Positions 27,441-37,512 of a stretch of DNA of 64,000 nucleotides are shown here, piece by piece. The notes below the pieces were generated by a model, which saw only the letters and a program-made list of their open reading frames with translations, made no database searches and was not told where the DNA came from. The translations under genes and the position numbers were made by a program. Source of the DNA: an uncultured Candidatus Saccharibacteria bacterium (lineage in GTDB: Bacteria; Patescibacteriota; Saccharimonadia; Saccharimonadales; Saccharimonadaceae); NCBI GenBank assembly GCA_963789695.1, contig CAWBLS010000004.1, positions 262 through 64,261 of the forward strand, in the 5' to 3' direction. Position 1 is the first letter of the stretch. Each line of letters begins with the position of its first letter.

Positions 27441-30400
27441 TCAAGGACTGCTCGAATGCAATAATCCCTTTGTAGGTTGGTTCAAATTCGCTGGTATCGG
27501 GAAAATCAAGGGTGGTAATACAGTGCCACACAGCGCTAATAAGCTGGATAAACTGTTCGCGTTCAACATCGGTTGTTTCTAAGGTGAGTGCGTGAATATC
27601 ACCACTCGTATCTGGTTCAACGAACTGCAACGTCCCTTTATTAAATTCGAATCGCGCAAAGTCACGGGCGTTTTTACAGAGTAGTTCATAGAATAATAAC
27701 TGCTGTTTGTATTTATGCAATTTAATTTTTTCGTACTCGGTTTTTCCCTTCCAATCGCGTGATGGCTTGCCGGTTTTATAGTCGGTGACATGGATGGCTT
27801 TATCCTTAATTTCTATCATGTCGAGCGCGCCGGTAAGCTTGGCATCGCCCACCGTGACCCCCTGCCCGCCAAAGCTTACTTCGGTGTGCTGATCTTGGCT
27901 GAAGCTGTCGTATGAGTGGTCTAAAAAGGCACGCAGCGCATCAGCACCGCGAGTGCGGTAGAGCTTTAGCTCATCGCTAGATAGTTGTTGGAGTGACAGT
28001 TCATGGTAGAAGTCGCCGATCACGTCTTCGATGGGGCGGCGATCGCCCGTAGCGGCTAAATGATTATGCGCGCGTTGCAGCGCCGCATGAATAGCGGTAC
28101 CATAGCCGGCCGATGCGCTTTTTGCCTGCGGGAAACGCAACAAGTTATTGAGTAAGAAGGCTGTTGGCCCGCCGCGAGTGAGATCGATAAAGTTATTTAA
28201 GTGCGTAGCTGATAATTTGTAACGTTCGAGTGTTGGAGCGAGCAGTTGTTGCATGGTCGCCTGCGATGGTTGCGCAAGCGTGTCGTGCCAGGTGACTTCA
28301 GCTTGTTCAACGCGATTCGTGGTGGTATCGGCAGGTGTGGCGGGTTTAGGTGTGAGTGATGTGCCAGAAAGGAAGCTGGCAATCAACTGAGCTTTACCAG
28401 TATCTTGCTGGGTGCTATAGGTCATGACGAGCTGGTTGCGCGCCCGCGTCATTGCAACGTAAAACAGACGAACCCGTTCACTATAATTGGCCGCTTTACC
28501 GCTTTCAAGTGGTAAGTTTTCTGGGTAGCCTAACATGCGGTGTTTCACGCGCACTCGTTCACCCCAGGTGGTGTCAACGCAGCCGATAATATACACTGTG
28601 TCGAATTCTAATCCTTTGGCGTTGTGCGCTGTCATCAAATTCACTGCGCCATGAGCCATATCGCTTGGCCGTCGGAGTGCAATCATCGTTTGGCCCGTTT
28701 CTTTGTAGGTTTTTACAAACTCAACAAACGTAGCCAGCGTGTGAGTGTTGGCAGGATTGTAGCCGCGTAGATGGGTGCGGATTGTCCGGAGTGCATCGAG
28801 CATAGTGATGTATTCATCGGGGTTTTTATCACGTGCATTGTCGCCGAAATAATGACTATAAAGTGGTGATGTGAAGGCACGTTCTTCCTCAGTTGGTATG
28901 CCAACAATTTCGTCGATTATATATTCGAGCGGGGTGTGTTGGCTCTTGGCTGCTAAGCTAATCAACCACGCGTGAAGTGGTTGGAACTCTGATGTATTTG
29001 CCATCGTTTCCATCCAAAACTGCTTTTCGCGGTAACTGGTAAGGCTTAGTTTCCAAATTGCTGCGGGGTCATAGCTAAAGGCTGGGTGTGCGAGAAGTTC
29101 TGGCAGTAAGCTATCAACTATGTCGTGTTGGCTGCTCGCGAGTGCGACGACAATGCGCGACAGAAGCTCGATAGCCTGAATAATCGGGAGCTCCAGTACG
29201 TTGTCGCGCCGTTCGTAATTAAGTAAGATGTTTTGCTGTGATAAATAAGGTGATAGCTGGATGAGTTCTTTGTGTGTTCGGGCAATGACGGTTATTGTTT
29301 CTGGCTTCATGCCCTTCTTTATGTGCTGAGCAATTTGTTCGGCAACCCACTGTCGTTCGTCGGATACGCTGCTTAGTTCAACCAGCTGCGCTGCAGCGTG
29401 TGAATGGGTGTGATGCGATGTGAGCTGTTTATTGAGCGATTCAATTGTGTCTTCCAGCCGGCCTTGGCCTTGAGTCACGACACTCCGTGCAGGTTCTAAG
29501 ATTTCTTTGGCTGAGCGGTAGTTGTCTTTGAGGCTCAGCAGCGTACCGCTTGGGTACTGTTCGCGAAAGCGGTGAATGTTGTTCACGTCCGCGCCTTGGA
29601 AGCTGTAGATTGCTTGATCGTCGTCCCCCACTGCCATTACGTTAGGTGCGTCGCCTGTAGGTGTATCGGTGAGATTGAATAAAATACGTAGCTGTGCCAG
29701 GTTGGTGTCCTGAAATTCGTCGACCATCATATAGTGGTATTTTTCCTGTAGGTTAAAACGAAGATCCGGTTGGGTTTCGAGCGCGTGGACGACGTGGAGA
29801 ATCATATCGTCGTAGTCGTAGAGCTGCGCCTGCTCCATGCGCGATAAGTAGGTAAAGTAGACATGTGCCAACGACCGCAACTTGGCATGTCGTTTGCGGC
29901 TTTTAAATACAAACTCCCCTCGACTGTTTTTTTCCATCCACTCATTACGCCATGCGGTGATGGGGGTAGTTTTGTTGATTTCAACCGCTGCATCAAAGGC
30001 ATGTGCCATACTTAGGGCGAGTACGTTTGAAAGTGGCGTCAGGCCTGGGGGCAGACGCTCCGGTGTAAGTGAAGCCACCTGCTCGGCAACTGGTGCGAGT
30101 CTTGGTAGTAATTTTGTGCTGATTTTTTCAGCAAATATTTCACGCAATTCGCCTTCAACGCTATCAAGTACTGCTTCATTCACACGGACAATTTCAAGTA
30201 ATTCGTCACTGCTTAATCCCGCTCGTTTCAACTCGCTAATCACGGTGCGAGCTTCTGATAAATACGTGTACTGGTCATTATTTTTACTCGATAATGGGTT
30301 CGAAAAGTCGAGTTCGTCAAATATGCCGCGTAGTATTTCGTAGGTTGCTAGTTCATCGGCTGCATGGGTCTCAGCGCCGTGATAAAAATATTCTCGATTA

Positions 30401-30702
30401 TGGCTCATAATTTCCATGCCAAAACTGTGGAACGTGTGGATCGCAACTTTATACGCGTCGGGACCGATAATACTGCGCAGGCGTTCGCGCATCGCGTTAG
30501 CCCCGCTGTCGGTGAACGTTAAGCAAAGTATGTTTTCGGGTAGTGTGTCGGTGGCCTTTAAAATATTTGCAGCACGCATACTCAAGAGTTCGGTTTTGCC
30601 GGTGCCGGGGCCTGCAATGACGAGCAATGGGCCGTCGATCGTATCAACCGCTTGCTTTTGCTTTAGATTGAGCGCCTTGTAGCGCGTCGTAAATACATCC
30701 AT
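27415..30702 (-). CDS. UvrD/Rep-family helicase with C-terminal PD-(D/E)xK nuclease
   Basis: AGPGTGKT, DEFQD, GDDDQ, NYRS, AKGLEFD, YVAMTRA and DYKTG motifs. Start MDVF follows TATAAT. Confidence 0.93.
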   Translation of the reverse strand: MDVFTTRYKALNLKQKQAVDTIDGPLLVIAGPGTGKTELLSMRAANILKATDTLPENILCLTFTDSGANAMRERLRSIIGPDAYKVAIHTFHSFGMEIMSHNREYFYHGAETHAADELATYEILRGIFDELDFSNPLSSKNNDQYTYLSEARTVISELKRAGLSSDELLEIVRVNEAVLDSVEGELREIFAEKISTKLLPRLAPVAEQVASLTPERLPPGLTPLSNVLALSMAHAFDAAVEINKTTPITAWRNEWMEKNSRGEFVFKSRKRHAKLRSLAHVYFTYLSRMEQAQLYDYDDMILHVVHALETQPDLRFNLQEKYHYMMVDEFQDTNLAQLRILFNLTDTPTGDAPNVMAVGDDDQAIYSFQGADVNNIHRFREQYPSGTLLSLKDNYRSAKEILEPARSVVTQGQGRLEDTIESLNKQLTSHHTHSHAAAQLVELSSVSDERQWVAEQIAQHIKKGMKPETITVIARTHKELIQLSPYLSQQNILLNYERRDNVLELPIIQAIELLSRIVVALASSQHDIVDSLLPELLAHPAFSYDPAAIWKLSLTSYREKQFWMETMANTSEFQPLHAWLISLAAKSQHTPLEYIIDEIVGIPTEEERAFTSPLYSHYFGDNARDKNPDEYITMLDALRTIRTHLRGYNPANTHTLATFVEFVKTYKETGQTMIALRRPSDMAHGAVNLMTAHNAKGLEFDTVYIIGCVDTTWGERVRVKHRMLGYPENLPLESGKAANYSERVRLFYVAMTRARNQLVMTYSTQQDTGKAQLIASFLSGTSLTPKPATPADTTTNRVEQAEVTWHDTLAQPSQATMQQLLAPTLERYKLSATHLNNFIDLTRGGPTAFLLNNLLRFPQAKSASAGYGTAIHAALQRAHNHLAATGDRRPIEDVIGDFYHELSLQQLSSDELKLYRTRGADALRAFLDHSYDSFSQDQHTEVSFGGQGVTVGDAKLTGALDMIEIKDKAIHVTDYKTGKPSRDWKGKTEYEKIKLHKYKQQLLFYELLCKNARDFARFEFNKGTLQFVEPDTSGDIHALTLETTDVEREQFIQLISAVWHCITTLDFPDTSEFEPTYKGIIAFEQSLIDKYSNKK

Positions 30703-30725
30703 TACCCCTATTATACCGATAATAT

Positions 30726-31019
30726 AAAAAAACCACCCTGCTTGGTGGAAAATCATGGAGGGTGCCCACCCCCCGCGCAGTGCCCGTCGACTCGTGGTCG
30801 ATGGTGGCGTCTTGGACCGCCTGATGGGGCGACGCGGGGGGTGGGGCTTAGGGTGGGCGGCGCTTCGCGCGCGTAGAAAGCGGCGCCCATCTGCCAGGCG
30901 TGACCCGGGGGTTTGCACGCGCATGGCAGATCTCACATATCTCGCTCAGCGAGGTATGGGGGCAGTACTTCTGCCCCTAGTTAGTCCACGCCCCCACTGA
31001 AGTTGGCGGGACTCACATG
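30726..31019 (-). ncRNA. Candidate structured non-coding RNA (~290 nt)
   Basis: TTGACA-17-TATAAC promoter at 31054-31026, six consecutive GC-rich helical domains, CCACC...GGTGG-T7 terminator. Confidence 0.65.
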
Positions 31020-31089
31020 TGAAAAGTTATACAGTATTTTATTGTACATGTCAATAAATTTACTGTTCAAATATGGTATAATGTCGCTA

Positions 31090-31578
31090 GTGAAAGATGA
31101 AATCTATAATGAAGTTGCGATTGAGCATGCCGCTGCGGCGCAGTTTGGTGTTAGCTTCGAAATCGATAAAGTGCTCGCCCACCGCATTGACGTGGGGCGC
31201 TCTGCAAAAGCCACGGTATTTTTAACGAAAAAGAAGCAGCTTTATTGTTATGTTGATGGCCCGGCGCGGCTGCTGCTGAGCGACATCAAAAAAATCGCTT
31301 CACGCATGGGATTAAAAGTAGAATTGTATTTTCCGCCGAAAGGCCGACCACAATATTTTGACGAAATCGGCCGCGATAAGTTCCGAGAAGTCTTCCCTGG
31401 GCGCCAGCATGTAACCGATGCTGACATTGTGTTTTACCGCACCCTCGCACCGTATATGCCTGCGTTACTGCTGATTAATGAAGTGCGCGACGGTAATATT
31501 TACCAAGCAGATAGCGATGCGAGTAGCGGCTGGCGGCCGGCAGTAAAATTTGCTTACCGTCGGATCAAAACCAGCTAG
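31090..31578 (+). CDS. Hypothetical protein
   Basis: Long ORF with core-like codons. Likely leaderless GTG start 7 nt after TGGTATAAT. Confidence 0.7.
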   Translation: MKDEIYNEVAIEHAAAAQFGVSFEIDKVLAHRIDVGRSAKATVFLTKKKQLYCYVDGPARLLLSDIKKIASRMGLKVELYFPPKGRPQYFDEIGRDKFREVFPGRQHVTDADIVFYRTLAPYMPALLLINEVRDGNIYQADSDASSGWRPAVKFAYRRIKTS

Positions 31579-32030
31579 TAATTACAGTTACTAAACCAAC
31601 CGAGCCACCAGGATGAGGTATCGGGGTCATCACCGATAATACAGCCCCAATTTACTTCAGTTTCGATTAAAATCCCAAATGAATCTGGGCTGGTACCGCG
31701 AATATAGCGATAGGTAGTGTCGCCGCCTGCATTTGCTGGCTGCGTTGGTATAGCGCTTAAGTAGTTTGGTACTAAACTTGAAGCCAAGTAGGTACTCGCT
31801 GAACACTCCACGTTTACTCCGCCTGGACAGACATTAGGGTATTCACCTTTATCGTCGTGATATTTGCGGAGTGCAGTGGCAAGCGCGATGCCACCATTCT
31901 TGCGCGCTGCATCGCGCGCATCGGCTTGCACCTGTGTGAACGCGACTAAAACTACGGTTGCAATGATAGCAAGCACTGCAATAATCACAGCCACTTCGAT
32001 TAGGGTAAAACCACGGGAATGCCGCTTCAT
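31575..32030 (-). CDS. Type IV pilin-like protein
   Basis: RG-FTLIE prepilin motif, ARD, GEYP and Cys pairs. Confidence 0.9.
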   Translation of the reverse strand: MKRHSRGFTLIEVAVIIAVLAIIATVVLVAFTQVQADARDAARKNGGIALATALRKYHDDKGEYPNVCPGGVNVECSASTYLASSLVPNYLSAIPTQPANAGGDTTYRYIRGTSPDSFGILIETEVNWGCIIGDDPDTSSWWLGWFSNCNY

Positions 32031-32053
32031 GTGTTTAGTGTAGCATATATTGC

Positions 32054-33364
32054 TTATGCTTTTTTATGCTCTAGAATAACCAAGTGCTCGATATGAGGAG
32101 TGCGTGGAAAGAAGTTATAGCCTTGGTGCGCACGTATACCATAGGCTTCGGCGAGCAGCGCAGTGTCACGAGCCTGGGTAACAGGGTTGCAGCTTAAGTA
32201 GATAATGCGTGCTGGTGTTACTTCGAGTAGTCGGTTGATGACATCTGTGTGCAGCCCAGCGCGGGGCGGGTCAAGAATAATCGTGGCGCCGCCAGTGATG
32301 TATTCAAGTGCTTTTTCACTTGGGGCGAGTACGGCGTTTGCTTCATCTTCGCGCTTTAGGCGGGCAATATTTTCTTTCATTTCGCGTACAGCGTCGGGGT
32401 TTAGTTCAATCAAGCTAACCTGCTTGCCACCAATCGTAAGCCCGATGCTACCCACGCCGCTGTATAAATCAACCACCGGATTATCCCCCACCCATTGCTG
32501 CATATCGCGAAGTGCTTGTTCATAGACCGGAATATTAACTTGAAAGAAGCCTTCGGTGGCATAGCGAAATGGTACGTCCATCACCGTATCGGTAAGCACG
32601 GTTTCGCCAAATGCGCTCAGCCGCTTTGTTATGCGGCTTGCCGGGCTTTTCGGATCTGAATAAATGACCTCACCACCCAGTGCTGGCAGCTGACCTGCGA
32701 ATGCTTCAAATGCGCTAGAAACGGAGGAGTCTTTGACGTAGAGTTGCCATACACATTCGCCGCGCTGATTGCAGCGGATAAGAAGCGTTTTTAGCTGCCT
32801 TGCAGTAATGCCCGCCGCCTGTAAGTGATCACGGATGGCAAATCCGAGTTGAAGCATACCCTCAGGCAAGAGACTACACTGCGTAACAATAATCTTACCC
32901 TTGCTGCCGCGGCGGAAGAACGCAAGATCAAGGCTTTCGCTGCCGTCGTCGCCTAACACTTCGCTATACCAGCTAAATTCTACCTTGTTGCGGTAGTGAC
33001 TGGTGTCATTGTTTGTGTAGACCGTGATCGGTTCGGGTAGAACGATATCATGCAGCTCAAAGGCCTCTTCGATGAGTGCTGCTTTGTAGTGCTGCTCCGC
33101 GTCAAAACTCATGATTTGCCATGGGCTGGTGCTGAGGTAGGTTTCAGTGTCTATGGGCTCGATGCGCTCGGGCGAGGCAGCTATAACATCTTCAACAATG
33201 CCTTCTACAAACTTACTTTTTTGTTTTGTAAGACGAATCCGCACCGTTTCGTTCGGTAGCCCACCCCAAACAAGAGCCTTCTTGCCGTTTTCAAGTGTGC
33301 CAATTGCTTGCCCACCACCTACAATCGCGTCGAGCGCTATCTCTTCATACCGTACATGTTTCAT
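32054..33364 (-). CDS. RNA (uracil-5)-methyltransferase, RlmD/TrmA family
   Basis: TRAM-like N-terminus, FFQVN, DLYSGVG, DPPRAG, YLSCNP and FPRTPHIE motifs. Confidence 0.92.
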   Translation of the reverse strand: MKHVRYEEIALDAIVGGGQAIGTLENGKKALVWGGLPNETVRIRLTKQKSKFVEGIVEDVIAASPERIEPIDTETYLSTSPWQIMSFDAEQHYKAALIEEAFELHDIVLPEPITVYTNNDTSHYRNKVEFSWYSEVLGDDGSESLDLAFFRRGSKGKIIVTQCSLLPEGMLQLGFAIRDHLQAAGITARQLKTLLIRCNQRGECVWQLYVKDSSVSSAFEAFAGQLPALGGEVIYSDPKSPASRITKRLSAFGETVLTDTVMDVPFRYATEGFFQVNIPVYEQALRDMQQWVGDNPVVDLYSGVGSIGLTIGGKQVSLIELNPDAVREMKENIARLKREDEANAVLAPSEKALEYITGGATIILDPPRAGLHTDVINRLLEVTPARIIYLSCNPVTQARDTALLAEAYGIRAHQGYNFFPRTPHIEHLVILEHKKA

Positions 33365-33424
33365 TACTAGTTATCTTACCATATGAAAAACCCGCACTCG
33401 TGTTAAGAGTACGGGTAGTGCGAT

Positions 33425-33685
33425 CTAGGTCGCGTAACGGAACCCATTGATGTGAACGTTCACGACATTGCCATGCTCGTCGACATCGACATCGACCAGG
33501 CTGGCTTTGCGTAGGTCCATGGCATCTTGGCGGGCGGCCAGAATGACTGGCATGTGAAGCTCGCAGTGACGATCGCGCAGTGCGAGCGTCAAGCGATCGA
33601 CACGTGGGTCGGCAGTGCCTTGAAGGTTGGGTGGATGTTCGACATCCATTTCGACGCGAGTGAGGCCGGGTGCTGTGGAGCCCAT
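33425..33685 (-). CDS. Orphan 86-aa protein (cassette)
   Basis: TTGACT-17-CATAAT promoter, GAAAGGA SD, CCCGTACTC...GAGTGCGGG-T5 terminator. Confidence 0.7.
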   Translation of the reverse strand: MGSTAPGLTRVEMDVEHPPNLQGTADPRVDRLTLALRDRHCELHMPVILAARQDAMDLRKASLVDVDVDEHGNVVNVHINGFRYAT

Positions 33686-33774
33686 AGCATGTCCTTTCGG
33701 TTCGCACGGCGACAGGGGCCGTGATGGGTACTGTCAAATAATATTATGATACTAAAATAATAAATAGTCAATGA

Positions 33775-35172
33775 CTAGAGAACACCGGGGATGAGTGAGA
33801 CGAAGAGCACTAGTGTTGCGACCGCCATAAGGCTGAAAGCGGCAAGCACACCGGTGTTGCTCCACTTGCCATTTTTGTAGTCACCCATCACATCTTTATT
33901 GTTCCCTACCCGCCAAATCATAAAGAGTAGCGGAACGCTGGCGACAGCGTTAAAGACGGCAGTAAAGATGAGTGCTTGAATTGGGTCGATGCCAAGGAAA
34001 TTAATAGCAAGGCCGGTAAGTGTGGCAACAGCAATCACCCAATAAAACCCGCGTGCAGCGTGGTATTTACGGTAAAACCCTTCTTTAATACCAATTGCTT
34101 CACTGATGGCATAGCCTGATGACCCGGCGAGTACAGGCACGGCGAGCAAGCCAATACCAATGATTCCGACGCTAAATAGTAATTTGGCAATCAGCCCGGC
34201 GTGCGGGAAGCCTTGTACCAGCGGTTCAAGCGCGGCTGCTGCATCGTTGGCATTTTCGATCTGCGTAATACCATTGGCGTGCAGTGTCGACGCGGTGGCA
34301 ATCACAATAAACCACGCGGAGATACTTGCAAGGCTCATGCCTGCCACGTTATCGATGCGGATTTTCCTGATAAAACGCTTGCTAATCTTGGGTAATGCCA
34401 TTGTTGAAGAGGTTTTCAGGCGTTTAGTTTCAATTTCGTCTTCTACGACTTCGCTGGTATTCCAAAAGAACAGGTACGGGCTAATGGTTGTTCCGATAAT
34501 CCCGACGATAATATATATCGTTGCTGCATCGAGCGTGATGTTAGGAATAAAGGTTGCTTTGAGTACCTCACCCCAGTCTTGTCCTACTAAAAAGGCCGTC
34601 ACGGGGTATGCAAACAAGGTGATAGCCAGCCACTTTAATACTTTTGCGTATTGGCGGTATGGGATAAACAGTTGCATGAAAACACTTAATACGGCAAAAA
34701 ATACCGCCAGGCCAACATACGGCAGATCGGGAAAGAGTAATTGTGTGGTTGCAGCCATCGCAGCTAGGTCGCTGCCGATATTAACTGTGTTTGCTACCAC
34801 CACGAGTGCAACAGCACTATAGAGCACTTTGCGCGAATAGTAGCGCTTCAATATAGCTGCAAGCCCATCACCCGATACCGCGCCAATACGTGCACAGGAT
34901 TCCTGTACGGCAAGCAACAGCGGGTACATAATTGGAAACAGCCAGAGCAAGCCATAACCATGCACTGCACCAGCCTGTGAATATGTCGCAATTCCGCTTG
35001 GGTCGTCGTCAGCCGCGCCTGTTACGACGCCTGGCCCAAGCACGCGAACAAAACGACCAAATCGCCCGTAGTGCTTGCGAGCTTTGGCAATATTCACTTC
35101 CCGTTTTTGAGCGGCGGCACCTGGCCGATGATTGCCCGCTAAATCGTGAATCCAGGAATAGATACTCGGCAT
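33775..35172 (-). CDS. NRAMP-family divalent metal transporter
   Basis: GPGVVTGAADDDPSGIATYSQAGA and GTTISPYLFFW motifs. Confidence 0.92.
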   Translation of the reverse strand: MPSIYSWIHDLAGNHRPGAAAQKREVNIAKARKHYGRFGRFVRVLGPGVVTGAADDDPSGIATYSQAGAVHGYGLLWLFPIMYPLLLAVQESCARIGAVSGDGLAAILKRYYSRKVLYSAVALVVVANTVNIGSDLAAMAATTQLLFPDLPYVGLAVFFAVLSVFMQLFIPYRQYAKVLKWLAITLFAYPVTAFLVGQDWGEVLKATFIPNITLDAATIYIIVGIIGTTISPYLFFWNTSEVVEDEIETKRLKTSSTMALPKISKRFIRKIRIDNVAGMSLASISAWFIVIATASTLHANGITQIENANDAAAALEPLVQGFPHAGLIAKLLFSVGIIGIGLLAVPVLAGSSGYAISEAIGIKEGFYRKYHAARGFYWVIAVATLTGLAINFLGIDPIQALIFTAVFNAVASVPLLFMIWRVGNNKDVMGDYKNGKWSNTGVLAAFSLMAVATLVLFVSLIPGVL

Positions 35173-35281
35173 AGGGTTTTTCTCGGGTTTTTCCGTTTAT
35201 GCTTGATGTGCTTTTATTGTACCACGGGTCGTGCCTGAGGTGAGAATTAAAAGCGGCCACACTGGGGGTGTGGCCGAACGC

Positions 35282-35500
35282 TCATGTCGTGAGGTTGCTT
35301 GCAACAAACGCGAGCGAACCGGCGAATGATAACTCGCGATGACCTGCTTCCGTCCAGAGCTTACGTTCGGCGTTAAGCTGCTCTGCGTCAGTATGCACGC
35401 GGTATCTGCCGCAGCGCCTACAGCAATCTGCTGAGGAAAAGAACGATGAGTCGACAAACCAGCTGTGGATGCCGATGCGGCAGCGTCGTGATTGTGACAT
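35282..35500 (-). CDS. Orphan 72-aa putative zinc-binding protein (cassette)
   Basis: AAGGGGTG SD before ATG 35500. CRIGIHSW...CRRCG pattern. GGCCACAC...GTGTGGCC terminator. Confidence 0.6.
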   Translation of the reverse strand: MSQSRRCRIGIHSWFVDSSFFSSADCCRRCGRYRVHTDAEQLNAERKLWTEAGHRELSFAGSLAFVASNLTT

Positions 35501-35615
35501 CTTCCACCCCTTTTCGGTTGAGCGTAGTATCAGTCTACGCCATCGGTGCAACAGATGTAAAGGATAAACAATATTGACACCACGGCGTATAATAAAAGTA
35601 AGGAGGAATCGGATT

Positions 35616-36005
35616 ATGGTAAGTGTTACTGTGCTCGATGGAGTTAGCCGGCATGAAGCTGAGCGCCTCGCGAATGTGGGGGTTCGCACCACCGATCAAT
35701 TACTCGAATTAGGGTCAACCTCGACCGATCGAATGCGATTGGCCGATGAGACCAATTTAAACGATGCAGATATAAAGGCTTGGGTTCACCAAGCTGATTT
35801 ATTACGAATAAACGGTATGACGGCAGCATTTTCAAGCAAGTTGTGCCAAGCAGGTGTGTGTACGGTGCCAAAACTAGCCTACCGAAGTGCTGAGAAACTA
35901 TCGGCTGATTTAACTGCACGAGCCGCAAAACCGATGGTTGATAAAATGAAACTACAAGTCATGATTGCAGAAGCAAAAGCGTTACCGAAGTTGGTACACC
36001 ACTAA
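35616..36005 (+). CDS. DUF4332-like helix-hairpin-helix protein
   Basis: GVRTTDQLL, WVHQADLLRING and AGVCTV motifs. TTGACA/TATAAT promoter and AGGAGG SD. Confidence 0.75.
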   Translation: MVSVTVLDGVSRHEAERLANVGVRTTDQLLELGSTSTDRMRLADETNLNDADIKAWVHQADLLRINGMTAAFSSKLCQAGVCTVPKLAYRSAEKLSADLTARAAKPMVDKMKLQVMIAEAKALPKLVHH

Positions 36006-36006
36006 A

Positions 36007-36573
36007 TTAGTATGAAGAAGCGTTACCAAGTACATAGGTACAGTAGAAGTTGCCGTCAGCGGTTGTTGTTTTAGTACCAGAAAATTCGCCGATTGTTGGG
36101 CAGTTTTGAGCCGCTGCGTCGTAGACAGCCACAACGGTCGCTTGCCCTGAACCGTTCACAGCGTACCGCATACCCCTCCACCAATTGGTTGAGCCATTTG
36201 AGGCGGTAACCATAGCGGGGGTGACGCTGTAGTCGATAAACATAGCCATATCGGAGATGAAACCATATTCGATTTCCACCCCTGTTGAGCCATCGCTTTG
36301 TCGGCACTGCCCTACGCCGCTCGACCCTGCCCCATCTTCATTGTATTTATAGTTCTCGCCAAGGCAGCTTTCAACTGTGGGATAGGTACCGTTACGTACC
36401 TTGTATAATTCCAAGGCTTTAATCCACTGTGTGGTGGTTGCTTTGGTTTGTGCGGTGCGTGCATTTGCCTGCGCGCCACTATACACAACAATAGTAATAG
36501 CCGCCAATATTGCAATCACCGTAATGACAATGCCTAATTCGACAATTGTAAACCCGCTTGTGCTTTTTCGCAT
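36007..36573 (-). CDS. Type IV pilin-like protein
   Basis: SG-FTIVEL prepilin motif, NGTYP and four Cys. Confidence 0.9.
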   Translation of the reverse strand: MRKSTSGFTIVELGIVITVIAILAAITIVVYSGAQANARTAQTKATTTQWIKALELYKVRNGTYPTVESCLGENYKYNEDGAGSSGVGQCRQSDGSTGVEIEYGFISDMAMFIDYSVTPAMVTASNGSTNWWRGMRYAVNGSGQATVVAVYDAAAQNCPTIGEFSGTKTTTADGNFYCTYVLGNASSY

Positions 36574-36674
36574 ACGTTTAGTATACCCGACGCATCAGTG
36601 CTTGTCATTACCTATAAAAAAGCCGCTACTCCCCTTTTCGATGAAAAAGGAAGTAGCGGGGATGACGTTATGCA

Positions 36675-37400
36675 CTAGCTGGCTTCCATGTTGCGAAGCC
36701 AGCGGTGCATAGTGGGCAGGTGCCGGCGTGCGGCTGTTGCGCTCGCACAATCCCCTGCAAACCATGCAAGCAGTGGCTTGTGCGCATAGAGCATGAAGAG
36801 GGTCAATAGTGCGAACGCGATGTTGTATGTTGCGTGGAACGCCGTAGTTGCGATCAGTCCGATTTCTGGCCCTGCAATGGCGCTGACGATGGAAAACATT
36901 ACGCCAAGCGCAATGCCGCTCACGGTGAGGGTGACTAGCATACGCATCGGGACGAATGACAGGACGTGCACGAGGCCGAAGGCCACGCCACCCCACAGGA
37001 CTACAGCGACGGGGCCGCTCAGCATATAGCGGAACGCGAACTCTTCGTAAAACGCTACGATAGGGATGGCAATCAGCAGGAGCGGCGTATACAGAACCGC
37101 GAGCTTCCACGTTTTGAGTGGCAACACAGCCATGTTGACCTTAATCTTCAGGCCGTAGATTGAGCGCGACGTCCAGGCAGGAAGCACGCGCATCAGCCAG
37201 TTATCAAGCTTGATCGCGCCAAACAGCAGCGAGAGGCTGACAACTATGACAAGCGGCCAAGCATTGGCCATCACAAACCCGTAATGACGCAGAATTTCTG
37301 TGGCAAAGGGCATCGCAAGCATGCCGCCCATCAGGGCGAATGCCAGCACAATCAGTAGGATGGTCACCCATCGCTTTGGTTGGGTGTGGGCTTGTTCCAC
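36675..37400 (-). CDS. CPBP (CAAX/Abi) intramembrane metalloprotease-like protein (cassette)
   Basis: EEFAFR, FGLVH and HATYN motifs. TTGACA-17-TATAGT promoter, GGAGG SD, GTG start. Confidence 0.8.
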   Translation of the reverse strand: MEQAHTQPKRWVTILLIVLAFALMGGMLAMPFATEILRHYGFVMANAWPLVIVVSLSLLFGAIKLDNWLMRVLPAWTSRSIYGLKIKVNMAVLPLKTWKLAVLYTPLLLIAIPIVAFYEEFAFRYMLSGPVAVVLWGGVAFGLVHVLSFVPMRMLVTLTVSGIALGVMFSIVSAIAGPEIGLIATTAFHATYNIAFALLTLFMLYAHKPLLAWFAGDCASATAARRHLPTMHRWLRNMEAS

Positions 37401-37512
37401 GATGAACCTCCAATGTCCGTAGGGCCACTGAACAGAGCTTACTATAATTTCAACGTGTGTATTTGTCAATTTCGTGTTACTCATTGCCAACTGATGCCGT
37501 ATAATAAAGTGC

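Noticed and set aside
26877-27464. Plus-strand ORFs 26877..27224 and 27255..27464
   Set aside because: They are antisense to the tRNA-like RNAs and to the SD-led 54-aa ORF and have no translation signals.
30703-30936. N-terminal extension of the helicase ORF and antisense ORF 30755..31000
   Set aside because: The translations are R/P/G-rich products of a GC-rich hairpin region. A terminator and a TATAAT lie just before MDVF, so the gene starts at 30702.
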